Numbered from the stretch's first letter, positions 13,301-25,454 are shown. The stretch is DNA of 64,000 bases from Schmidtea polychroa (GCA_044892525.1 CM097887.1:142640397-142704396), one strand, 5' to 3'. Notes: generated from the sequence alone by a model not told the origin. Made by a program: numbers and translations.

Positions 13301-16300
13301 TTTTATTCTCAACCAGAAATTTGAAATTTAGCAAAAAATAGGTCTCATCCAAAACTCAATGATATCTCACGACGACAAAGAAAAGTTTTTTGAAACAGAG
13401 ATACAAGTAAAATTAATGGGCTCAGCCGGGAATTGAACCCGGGACCTCTCGCACCCGAAGCGAGAATCATACCCCTAGACCACTGAGCCAACAATTATAT
13501 TTTGTTACAAAGTAGAAATCTATTGGAAAAATTCTCAATTTTCAATTTCTCGTTTTTTATTGAAAATAAGTGAGTAAGTAAAAACAAGTTATTGTTTGGG
13601 GATTATGAATCATGTCAAATGTATTTTCAGAATGTTATTTAGATTTGAAAATTAAAATTTTTCTTAAGCCCGCGTGGCCTAATGGATAAGGCGTCTGCCT
13701 CCTAAGCAGAAGATTGCGGGTTCGAGTCCCGCCGTGGGTAAATTTTATTCTCAACCAGAAATTTGAAATTTAGCAAAAAATAGGTCTCATCCAAAACTCA
13801 ATGATATCTCACGACGACAAAGAAAAGTTTTTTGAAACAGAGATACAAGTAAAATTAATGGGCTCAGCCGGGAATTGAACCCGGGACCTCTCGCACCCGA
13901 AGCGAGAATCATACCCCTAGACCACTGAGCCAACAATTATATTTTGTTACAAAGTAGAAATCTATTGGAAAAATTCTCAATTTTCAATTTCTCGTTTTTT
14001 ATTGAAAATAAGTGAGTAAGTAAAAACAAGTTATTGTTTGGGGATTATGAATCATGTCAAATGTATTTTCAGAATGTTATTTAGATTTGAAAATTAAAAT
14101 TTTTCTTAAGCCCGCGTGGCCTAATGGATAAGGCGTCTGCCTCCTAAGCAGAAGATTGCGGGTTCGAGTCCCGCCGTGGGTAAATTTTATTCTCAACCAG
14201 AAATTTGAAATTTAGCAAAAAATAGGTCTCATCCAAAACTCAATGATATCTCACGACGACAAAGAAAAGTTTTTTGAAACAGAGATACAAGTAAAATTAA
14301 TGGGCTCAGCCGGGAATTGAACCCGGGACCTCTCGCACCCGAAGCGAGAATCATACCCCTAGACCACTGAGCCAACAATTATATTTTGTTACAAAGTAGA
14401 AATCTATTGGAAAAATTCTCAATTTTCAATTTCTCGTTTTTTATTGAAAATAAGTGAGTAAGTAAAAACAAGTTATTGTTTGGGGATTATGAATCATGTC
14501 AAATGTATTTTCAGAATGTTATTTAGATTTGAAAATTAAAATTTTTCTTAAGCCCGCGTGGCCTAATGGATAAGGCGTCTGCCTCCTAAGCAGAAGATTG
14601 CGGGTTCGAGTCCCGCCGTGGGTAAATTTTATTCTCAACCAGAAATTTGAAATTTAGCAAAAAATAGGTCTCATCCAAAACTCAATGATATCTCACGACG
14701 ACAAAGAAAAGTTTTTTGAAACAGAGATACAAGTAAAATTAATGGGCTCAGCCGGGAATTGAACCCGGGACCTCTCGCACCCGAAGCGAGAATCATACCC
14801 CTAGACCACTGAGCCAACAATTATATTTTGTTACAAAGTAGAAATCTATTGGAAAAATTCTCAATTTTCAATTTCTCGTTTTTTATTGAAAATAAGTGAG
14901 TAAGTAAAAACAAGTTATTGTTTGGGGATTATGAATCATGTCAAATGTATTTTCAGAATGTTATTTAGATTTGAAAATTAAAATTTTTCTTAAGCCCGCG
15001 TGGCCTAATGGATAAGGCGTCTGCCTCCTAAGCAGAAGATTGCGGGTTCGAGTCCCGCCGTGGGTAAATTTTATTCTCAACCAGAAATTTGAAATTTAGC
15101 AAAAAATAGGTCTCATCCAAAACTCAATGATATCTCACGACGACAAAGAAAAGTTTTTTGAAACAGAGATACAAGTAAAATTAATGGGCTCAGCCGGGAA
15201 TTGAACCCGGGACCTCTCGCACCCGAAGCGAGAATCATACCCCTAGACCACTGAGCCAACAATTATATTTTGTTACAAAGTAGAAATCTATTGGAAAAAT
15301 TCTCAATTTTCAATTTCTCGTTTTTTATTGAAAATAAGTGAGTAAGTAAAAACAAGTTATTGTTTGGGGATTATGAATCATGTCAAATGTATTTTCAGAA
15401 TGTTATTTAGATTTGAAAATTAAAATTTTTCTTAAGCCCGCGTGGCCTAATGGATAAGGCGTCTGCCTCCTAAGCAGAAGATTGCGGGTTCGAGTCCCGC
15501 CGTGGGTAAATTTTATTCTCAACCAGAAATTTGAAATTTAGCAAAAAATAGGTCTCATCCAAAACTCAATGATATCTCACGACGACAAAGAAAAGTTTTT
15601 TGAAACAGAGATACAAGTAAAATTAATGGGCTCAGCCGGGAATTGAACCCGGGACCTCTCGCACCCGAAGCGAGAATCATACCCCTAGACCACTGAGCCA
15701 ACAATTATATTTTGTTACAAAGTAGAAATCTATTGGAAAAATTCTCAATTTTCAATTTCTCGTTTTTTATTGAAAATAAGTGAGTAAGTAAAAACAAGTT
15801 ATTGTTTGGGGATTATGAATCATGTCAAATGTATTTTCAGAATGTTATTTAGATTTGAAAATTAAAATTTTTCTTAAGCCCGCGTGGCCTAATGGATAAG
15901 GCGTCTGCCTCCTAAGCAGAAGATTGCGGGTTCGAGTCCCGCCGTGGGTAAATTTTATTCTCAACCAGAAATTTGAAATTTAGCAAAAAATAGGTCTCAT
16001 CCAAAACTCAATGATATCTCACGACGACAAAGAAAAGTTTTTTGAAACAGAGATACAAGTAAAATTAATGGGCTCAGCCGGGAATTGAACCCGGGACCTC
16101 TCGCACCCGAAGCGAGAATCATACCCCTAGACCACTGAGCCAACAATTATATTTTGTTACAAAGTAGAAATCTATTGGAAAAATTCTCAATTTTCAATTT
16201 CTCGTTTTTTATTGAAAATAAGTGAGTAAGTAAAAACAAGTTATTGTTTGGGGATTATGAATCATGTCAAATGTATTTTCAGAATGTTATTTAGATTTGA

Positions 16301-18279
16301 AAATTAAAATTTTTCTTAAGCCCGCGTGGCCTAATGGATAAGGCGTCTGCCTCCTAAGCAGAAGATTGCGGGTTCGAGTCCCGCCGTGGGTAAATTTTAT
16401 TCTCAACCAGAAATTTGAAATTTAGCAAAAAATAGGTCTCATCCAAAACTCAATGATATCTCACGACGACAAAGAAAAGTTTTTTGAAACAGAGATACAA
16501 GTAAAATTAATGGGCTCAGCCGGGAATTGAACCCGGGACCTCTCGCACCCGAAGCGAGAATCATACCCCTAGACCACTGAGCCAACAATTATATTTTGTT
16601 ACAAAGTAGAAATCTATTGGAAAAATTCTCAATTTTCAATTTCTCGTTTTTTATTGAAAATAAGTGAGTAAGTAAAAACAAGTTATTGTTTGGGGATTAT
16701 GAATCATGTCAAATGTATTTTCAGAATGTTATTTAGATTTGAAAATTAAAATTTTTCTTAAGCCCGCGTGGCCTAATGGATAAGGCGTCTGCCTCCTAAG
16801 CAGAAGATTGCGGGTTCGAGTCCCGCCGTGGGTAAATTTTATTCTCAACCAGAAATTTGAAATTTAGCAAAAAATAGGTCTCATCCAAAACTCAATGATA
16901 TCTCACGACGACAAAGAAAAGTTTTTTGAAACAGAGATACAAGTAAAATTAATGGGCTCAGCCGGGAATTGAACCCGGGACCTCTCGCACCCGAAGCGAG
17001 AATCATACCCCTAGACCACTGAGCCAACAATTATATTTTGTTACAAAGTAGAAATCTATTGGAAAAATTCTCAATTTTCAATTTCTCGTTTTTTATTGAA
17101 AATAAGTGAGTAAGTAAAAACAAGTTATTGTTTGGGGATTATGAATCATGTCAAATGTATTTTCAGAATGTTATTTAGATTTGAAAATTAAAATTTTTCT
17201 TAAGCCCGCGTGGCCTAATGGATAAGGCGTCTGCCTCCTAAGCAGAAGATTGCGGGTTCGAGTCCCGCCGTGGGTAAATTTTATTCTCAACCAGAAATTT
17301 GAAATTTAGCAAAAAATAGGTCTCATCCAAAACTCAATGATATCTCACGACGACAAAGAAAAGTTTTTTGAAACAGAGATACAAGTAAAATTAATGGGCT
17401 CAGCCGGGAATTGAACCCGGGACCTCTCGCACCCGAAGCGAGAATCATACCCCTAGACCACTGAGCCAACAATTATATTTTGTTACAAAGTAGAAATCTA
17501 TTGGAAAAATTCTCAATTTTCAATTTCTCGTTTTTTATTGAAAATAAGTGAGTAAGTAAAAACAAGTTATTGTTTGGGGATTATGAATCATGTCAAATGT
17601 ATTTTCAGAATGTTATTTAGATTTGAAAATTAAAATTTTTCTTAAGCCCGCGTGGCCTAATGGATAAGGCGTCTGCCTCCTAAGCAGAAGATTGCGGGTT
17701 CGAGTCCCGCCGTGGGTAAATTTTATTCTCAACCAGAAATTTGAAATTTAGCAAAAAATAGGTCTCATCCAAAACTCAATGATATCTCACGACGACAAAG
17801 AAAAGTTTTTTGAAACAGAGATACAAGTAAAATTAATGGGCTCAGCCGGGAATTGAACCCGGGACCTCTCGCACCCGAAGCGAGAATCATACCCCTAGAC
17901 CACTGAGCCAACAATTATATTTTGTTACAAAGTAGAAATCTATTGGAAAAATTCTCAATTTTCAATTTCTCGTTTTTTATTGAAAATAAGTGAGTAAGTA
18001 AAAACAAGTTATTGTTTGGGGATTATGAATCATGTCAAATGTATTTTCAGAATGTTATTTAGATTTGAAAATTAAAATTTTTCTTAAGCCCGCGTGGCCT
18101 AATGGATAAGGCGTCTGCCTCCTAAGCAGAAGATTGCGGGTTCGAGTCCCGCCGTGGGTAAATTTTATTCTCAACCAGAAATTTGAAATTTAGCAAAAAA
18201 TAGGTCTCATCCAAAACTCAATGATATCTCACGACGACAAAGAAAAGTTTTTTGAAACAGAGATACAAGTAAAATTAAT

Positions 18280-18351
18280 GGGCTCAGCCGGGAATTGAAC
18301 CCGGGACCTCTCGCACCCGAAGCGAGAATCATACCCCTAGACCACTGAGCC
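18280..18351 (-). tRNA. tRNA-Pro(CGG), last array copy
   Basis: Identical to the consensus unit. Confidence 0.95.
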
Positions 18352-18529
18352 AACAATTATATTTTGTTACAAAGTAGAAATCTATTGGAAAAATTCTCAA
18401 TTTTCAATTTCTCGTTTTTTATTGAAAATAAGTGAGTAAGTAAAAACAAGTTATTGTTTGGGGATTATGAATCATGTCAAATGTATTTTCAGAATGTTAT
18501 TTAGATTTGAAAATTAAAATTTTTCTTAA

Positions 18530-18602
18530 GCCCGCGTGGCCTAATGGATAAGGCGTCTGCCTCCTAAGCAGAAGATTGCGGGTTCGAGTCCCGCCGTGGG
18601 TA
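18530..18602 (+). tRNA. tRNA-Arg(CCT), last array copy
   Basis: Identical to the consensus. Followed by a spacer with a 33-bp internal deletion and then an A10 run. Confidence 0.95.
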
Positions 18603-18689
18603 AATTTTATTCTCAACCAGAAATTTGAAATTTAGCAAAAAATAGGTCTCATCCAAAACTTTGAAACAGAGATACAAGTAAAAAAAAAA

Positions 18690-21449
18690 GTAATAGCAAC
18701 ACAAATAGTAATTCAATTACATCGAATGGTTTGGAACTTTCACCAAATCAGCTGAAGGATATTTACACGTCCTTCCCTTGTCTTAAGGAGATTGGTTTTG
18801 TGGAGAGTCCTTCAATTAAGTCATCATCTATGGCGAAATTGATTGATTCTTTGAAATTGAATAAAACGTTTCCCGAAAACATATTTTATGAAGGGGGTTA
18901 CGTTTTTCCGATCCAATACAAATTCTAACGAATCCAGGAATTCATCTGACATCATATTCAATCTTCGATTATTTGATTTAGTCGACATGGCTGAAGAGGA
19001 TGTTGAATTAAAAGCGATTTTAGAAAGACAGAACTGCCGTCTTAAGATTATTGAGATTGTTTTTCATCTCAATTCCTTGGGTTTGGTTGGATCTTTGAAA
19101 TTCTTAGAAAATCAAACTTACGCTGATTATGTTAGAAACTACATTCGAAATTGCTCTTTGATAAACTCAGTTTGTTCGATTGATGATCTTCTTTATGTTT
19201 CTGGGCTCCTGAAATCATTGAAAACATCCCAAACTCTTCCTATTCCTACAGTAGCTGTAAGGAAAAGCTTATAAAATTAAGGAAATGGAAACTGTCTGGA
19301 GAGATTAAAAAGATTCACAATATAATTTCTCCTGGAACTATATCTTGTGGTTATTTTTTCCTTAGCCTTGTTGACAAAAATTCAGTTTCTAAATCTCGAA
19401 AACTAAATGTCATCACTAAATTAATGGAAACCATTAATGATAAAATACTACTTGATGACACACGCGGAATAAAGTCAAAACGATTTACTTACTTTATTTT
19501 GCGAGACTTAAAGAAGTTGATGATGAAAAACATTAAATTCCGACTTTATACAGACAGCAATAAATACTGCACGCCAGAAATGGCCCAACAAATAATTTTG
19601 ATTATAGTGAAGCTCAAAACTGTTGTGACCAATGAACTGGGATATCAAAGTTTGGAACAAAATTGCGATATTGATAATCCAACTGATAACATTGAAAATA
19701 TTGAGCCTATTTTTATTGCTGAAGCTATGAGTTGCAAGAAATGCAATAATTAACTTGAAAAATGTATCTTAGTTAGAGAAGGAACAAATGTGAATGTTTG
19801 TGAGAACTGCTTATATGATGCAATTTCCTTTGTACAGCTAACATTGGATGAATGCAGTTCAAATACTGAAAAATCTTTAGAAAACTCTTCAAAGAAAATT
19901 TTTCCAAAATCAAAATTGAAAACTTTGAGAATTGGATCATCGAAAACAAAATGAACATGTGTGCCTGCATCAGCTCAAGCGTAAGTCATTCCATCTACCG
20001 AGACTGATGCAAAGAGCACATTAAAATCTAATAACCTCACAATTGCTGATCGTGATCCTGAAAAGTGGTTAACCGACAGCGACATTGACTGGTATCTTGA
20101 GAATAAGATTGATAATCCTATGCATGGATATCTGAAATGCTTTCTAGTCAATATTTTCTGCTCGAATATTTCAGAAGAAATCGTTTCAATTCCTCAAACA
20201 ACAACCAATGCTGATATAGTCTTTTGTCTCTTGAATATTAATAATTCACATTGGATCCTATTTGCTTATTGCAAAAAATCGCTTTCGTCCTATTTTTTTG
20301 ATCCAATTTTTTATAATCGGAACAAGTTCATTAATAAGCAGATGTCTCTGAAGATCAATATTGCATTGAACAGATATTTCAACCTCAGGATTGCCAATCT
20401 TGAACATCAAAACAACAATTTCGATTGTGAACCATTCACTTGCGCAAATACTTTGATAATCAGTAAAGAATGTATTAACTTTCCTGGTGGTTTCATAGAA
20501 GAAATAAGAAGAGATGTGCATCAATATCAGAAAAGCATATTAGGTAATGTACCAAATCTATCTGGTGGCTCAAAACACGGAAAATTGAACATGTCATCCA
20601 TCAATTTTAAAAAGGCAATCGCAAAAAAGAAGATGTTCATAAATAATTCAGCAATGACGCGAATGTTTGAAACTCAAACACCGTGTGTGTCATCATTAAT
20701 TAGCAAATACTATGAAAATATTCCTAAGATATTAGTATTATCCGTTAACTTACATCAAACTTAATTGTGCAAAATAATTCATTTATAACTGACAATGTCA
20801 CCTTCAAACAATTCAAAGGAATTGATCACATTTTAAGCGTAATTCCGAAATTTAACGACTGGTGTCTCTTTATCTATTCGACTAAACTTAACAAAAGTTA
20901 TATGTTTGATTTCAATTACCGAAACGTTGACGACAGATTTATGAAATTGGTGGGAAAATAACCGATTACCTCTGAACCGTAAAGTCAAATTCATCGCTGA
21001 TCATAGCATCTCACATCCTTCGTTTCACTCGAATGACAATCAATATTTTGCGTGTGGTTTTGTTGTGTTTTTTGAAAAACTTGTTTTTGAAAGACTTCTC
21101 GACTTTGATAAAGTATTCGAATTTCTTGGTAAAATAAAATTCGAATTCTGTAATGAGATTTCGCCTGGCCTTAATTTGATCCACTGGAAAATTACTGATA
21201 AAATTATTTTTGAATATTTTAATAACCTAAAATTATCAGATAAATATATATTGCTAAATAGAACCATGTGTAATGCAATTTCAGATGATTGTACTCAATA
21301 TCTGAAAGACTTTTTAAACATTGAATACATGATGAAAGCATCCGTAATCTTTGCAATAATTTCACCTCCTAAAGCCCATGAATTACATTTGGTGATCGAC
21401 TATGACTCAGATGGCAACACTTCACCAGGGTTAAATAATGTAAACGATA
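18690..21449 (+). mobile_element. Disrupted remnant of a Ulp1/C48-protease-encoding element, probably a NeSL/R5-clade (planarian LIN-type) non-LTR retrotransposon; no RT or endonuclease is present
   Basis: ORFs 18731, 18888, 19424, 20120, 20767 and 21065 look like pieces of one ORF. 19424-20764 is a single frame broken only by three stops (19751, ~19948, ~19978). It contains CKKC..CENC, then WLTDSDIDWYL..NSHWILF..YFFDP..HQNNNFDC (Ulp1 H/D/Q/C motifs) and two degenerate repeats (NDWCLF..MFDF..YFACG; ITDKIIFEYF..AHELHLVIDY..NDKDCG). The clade assignment rests on known NeSL domain architecture, not on a search. Confidence 0.72.
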
Positions 21450-21524
21450 AAGATTGCGGATTCGAGTCCTGCCGTGGGTACATTTTATTCTCAACCAGAA
21501 ATTTGAAATTAAGGAGAAAATAGG
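21450..21524 (+). pseudogene. Relic of the array unit: tRNA-Arg positions 43-73 plus downstream spacer
   Basis: aagattgcggattcgagtcctgccgtgggtacattttattctcaaccagaaatttgaaatt versus the array aagattgcgggttcgagtcccgccgtgggtaaattttattctcaaccagaaatttgaaatt. G53A destroys the B box. Confidence 0.93.
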
Positions 21525-23080
21525 CAAAAACTAAAAGCTTATAAAGTGTTTTTTCATTCTCGTTTGATCTTCCCGTTTACAACTAGAGAAATTATAACCA
21601 GTTCACTAGCTGATCCTTTTTCAGATTCAAAGAATAAGATAAATAATACCAGCCAACTCAGGAATCATTTAAGAAAGATTAAGTAAAAGATTAAGTTTTT
21701 GTATTTGTATAATAAATATTATGCGACGAAGTCATTATAACCTTTAGAAAACTGAAGGGAATAAAGAAATGTTGCAAAGCCGGATGAAGTAATCCGAAGA
21801 TATAATCAGACTATCCAGCAGATAAAGACGAGTCGAAAATGAAAGCTTATGGACTTTTCCATGTTGAAAAGATTATCTGTGATAAAACACGGTATTTGAT
21901 GTAGTATTTATTTAATCAAATGGTAATTTAATTACAAATTATATTTAATTATTTTAAATATTTCTTATGAAGGTTATGTCAAAAAAGATTTTCGAATGCT
22001 AAGACCAAAGAAATTTGAAGAGAAACATAAGAAAGGCTAAGTTGAAATGGGTTTTATTAATTCGTTATTGTTTAGTCAGGATTGCAGCATTTACTTTTTG
22101 TCTAATTTATTTTTGTTTAGTTAATATTTTACATTATTTACTAAATGAATATTATCTATATGATTATTTCATGTAATATCATTTATATTGTCACTAGTGA
22201 GTGTTGCAAATATGTTTAAAAATGTTTTGAATAATTTATTTTCCCTTATAGGTGTAGTTAGTGTGGTGAAATCAAGTTGATATTCTTGGTTGTCATTCGT
22301 GGAAATGATTAAATGTGAGTAACCCATGTTAAAATCGTAATATCTGTTTACTTTTTTGTTGTAAGGTGCACTTGAGGTGGATAGGCTTCATTTGACCTAT
22401 TATAGTGATTTAAGAGCAAGTGATTTAACACATATAAGAGGTATGGTGAATGAATAGTTATTGAAAATAAACAGTGAATATGTTACATTTTTAATTTTTA
22501 TATTTTATAAGTTAATAATGTTTGAACTTGTATTAAAGAAACCTGTAGATTCTATCAAAGATAACAGTATGAAGTGTGTGAAGTTGATTAAACTCGGAAT
22601 TTATAGAAATAATTATAATAATATTTAAAGAATAGATTTGGACAATTCTTAAAGAATAAAAAATAGCTTTTAAAAGTCAGTAATTTTGAATTGCAAAATA
22701 AATTTGTCATTTTAAATCATGTCCAAAATGAAAATCCATCAAGAATTTGGTATCTATATTCTTAGTATTGCTATTAAATTTTTTCAAAAAGAAATTTTTG
22801 TTGAAAATCAATTTTTCTGATTTCTGTAATAAATCCCATCAATCCTATACATTTATTATTTTCCTTATTGTTTGTATAAGCTGGGTAAAATTAAAATAAA
22901 AATAAACTTAAAAAATAAATATCAAGATGAACATAGTACAATAAAAGCAACTTGATAATAATTTAATTTAAACTGTAAATAATATTAGCAAATTTATTTT
23001 TATTTCTCTATTTAAAATTTGTTTAACTTAAATGTAACCATGGTATTTACTAATAATCAAACCAATTCACTTTTAAAATA

Positions 23081-23363
23081 ATGTCATCTGGAAGTGTAAA
23101 AATTGGTAATAAATGAAATTGAGAATTCGATTTTGTATAAAATTTAATTTTTCAGAAGAAAGAATCAAAGTAAATCCATGTTTCCGTACAACATCATCTG
23201 ATTATGGACGATTGAAGCCAAATATTCACACAATGGCTAATGTTTACTACACAAAATCTCAAAATTTTACAAAAGTTATTTTATATTTAATGTATGTATA
23301 TAATTTCTATCATAGGAATTGGGTCCTTGTGGAATGTATCGCAATCATTCGCTAAATATGTGA
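23081..23363 (+). CDS. PIERCE1/2-like (C9orf116/C15orf65, DUF4490) ciliary microtubule inner protein; 3 exons, 63 aa
   Basis: Exons 23081-23105, 23156-23274, 23316-23363 with GT-AG introns of 50 and 41 bp. Protein MSSGSVKIEERIKVNPCFRTTSSDYGRLKPNIHTMANVYYTKSQNFTKELGPCGMYRNHSLNM matches the family core as recalled (YRTSNxxYG..P..H.MP..FYP.S..FS..L...GMFRNNTLN). The first exon is less certain. Confidence 0.8.
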
Positions 23364-25426
23364 ATACAATAATAATTTACATTAACTGTGTCACAGATGT
23401 GTTTTAATAAATAAATATTCAGCTTAATATAAAATTTATTTTTAATTTATTTTCAATTTTCTTATTGGATAAAATTTTTGCTTATAAAAAACGAAATTCT
23501 CAAATTCTATATTTTTAATAGGAAATTTTGGGCACATATTTTTACGAACAAATGAAAATTGCTTTTTTTTATAATTCATGTTAACTAAATCAAAATTTTG
23601 ATCTAATATCTGAGATGTAGATAAATAAAATTGACATTGAAAAAAATCGATTAAAGTTGAAAAGTGAAAGACAATATACAGACATGATATTCAGGACAAC
23701 TCATTGGTTTAGAAATGATCTCATGATTATGTGGATTGTTGAGAATAGCACTAATTTGACATAAAAACTTTTATTATTTTCTTACTATCAATTAGTGTTT
23801 TATTTTATTTTTAACACGAGTTTTCGCATGAGTATTTTTTGTAAAAATAAAGATCTCTCTATAATGTATACAGGGCCGGTCCAAGCAATATTTTTTAGAC
23901 ACAGGATGGTTTTGGTGCACTTTCTCTACAATTATTTTTGATGTTTAGTAAATAGAAACAAAGTAGTTTATGATTTTGAATATTTATTATTTATTAATTA
24001 ACAAAGCTTAACTTTTCGAGCTTTCATGCTAGCAAACTCCCTTCGCATATTCGCCAGAGGTATACTTTTATCCTCTTCATTTTGTATTATACCCGTATAG
24101 TAAATACCAAGGATCATTTTAAGTTTTAAAGCAAAGATAGTTGATTTTAAATTTGACCTACATTATCTAGAGGAGGAGTTTCACCTTTATCTGACAGAAA
24201 CACGTCTTATAACTCAATTTGGCTTGGTTCATTTTTTCGGAGAAAATAGAATTGCAGAAATTTTTATCTACATTTTATATTATTCTTCAGTTATTACAAG
24301 TGGCACCACTAGAAATTTGCGTAACAACTGTTGAAAACCTTTGATCTCTTTTCCGTTTGAATTCCACCCCAAGTCTTTTGATTTTTCTTTTTGATCCGTA
24401 TTAATTTTAGAAGTATCTATGGCCTTCGTTATTTGAGTTTCTGGTACCTAGTTGGTTTCACAAAAATCAACATGTAAAATACACTACCAACTTGTATTGT
24501 GAGAGAGTTTAATTATTTTCATTAGAATTAATAAAATTTATTGGATTGCGCACTTAAATACTAATAAACCTATAAATATAATATTTTTTTTGAAATGGTT
24601 TAATGTCTGATGATGACAGTTGAATTGTCAAAATACATTACAAAAAGTTATTTTTCAAAATTGTGTTTTCTTATTTACAATTATGTTAATGCAATTAAAT
24701 ATTAAATTTCTTTTTAAAATTCTCTTTTTACAAGCGAGGAAAAATCGGATTTAATGTTCATACTTTTGTGACAGCCCCCAACCTGAACCAGTTAAGTTAC
24801 ACCAAAAAAAAGAGGTCTAGTGGTCAAGATAGAGAACATGTTTGAAGCAATAATTGTTTATCGGGGTGAGTTTGCATAATTAATTTTAATTCCAGTGGGG
24901 TAGGATTGTATTGGGAGGGTGGCTGAGAATGAGGGAGGGAAGTGACCTAACCATCAACCATTAATGATTGAGGTTCAAATGCTTATGTTAGTTTTGTACC
25001 AGTAATTTGTATAAATTTTAACTTTAATGGCTACCCGTGGGAAAGCTGTACAGGCCCAGAATAGTGACTACAAAGTTAGACCCAAAAATCACCAAGATCA
25101 ACAAAAGGCCTTTGTCTGAAAAACAGCATGGACTTTAATAATTTTCTCCATATCTGCCAATTCCCGTGCCCTTTTTTGTTTGCCTGTTATTACTTTGTAA
25201 CACCAATAAATAGCTACTATACAGAAGAACTTGAATCACTTCGTAAGACAAAACCAAAGTTCAGTCAAAACGACAAAAAATCCAGATAAAAAAGGTGAGA
25301 AAACTGAAACTGGATTGAAATTGTTGTGGTGGTTCTTTGTTTAACTCCACAACTTCTTATTTATTTGGCGATTATATTTATTGGTGTTTTTACTGAAAAA
25401 CAATTTTACAACATAACTTATATTAT

Positions 25427-25454
25427 CCCGGACAACGCCGCGTACCCCAGATAG
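25427..25454 (+). mobile_element. Possible Helitron 3' end (degenerate hairpin plus CTAG-like terminus)
   Basis: cccggacaacgccgcgtaccccagatag|t resembles the common invertebrate Helitron end CCCGGGCAACGCCGGG..CTAG|T. The 5' end was not located. Confidence 0.45.

Larger units (their letters stand above)
1..18683. repeat. Tandem tRNA gene array, 442-bp unit containing tRNA-Arg(CCT) (+) and tRNA-Pro(CGG) (-); about 42.3 units visible, open at the left edge
   Basis: Period 442: Arg starts at 409, 851, ..., and position 31 matches 6661 (15 x 442). One 1-bp deletion near 10361 shifts later copies by -1. Arg copies start at 409+442k and Pro copies at 159+442k (k=0..41). The genes converge across a 119-bp spacer and diverge across a 178-bp spacer. 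Only four variant sites were noticed by eye (613, 5791, 6212, ~10361). Confidence 0.99.

Noticed and set aside
1-18683. CRISPR-like array or spliced-leader/5S array
   Set aside because: Units are identical with no unique spacers, the conserved parts are complete tRNAs, and no cas, SL RNA or 5S sequence was seen.
21700-22050. Spliced-looking fragment ..AYGLFHVEKIICDKTR, resembling a chromodomain start
   Set aside because: Short, interrupted by stops, with no remaining chromodomain motifs.
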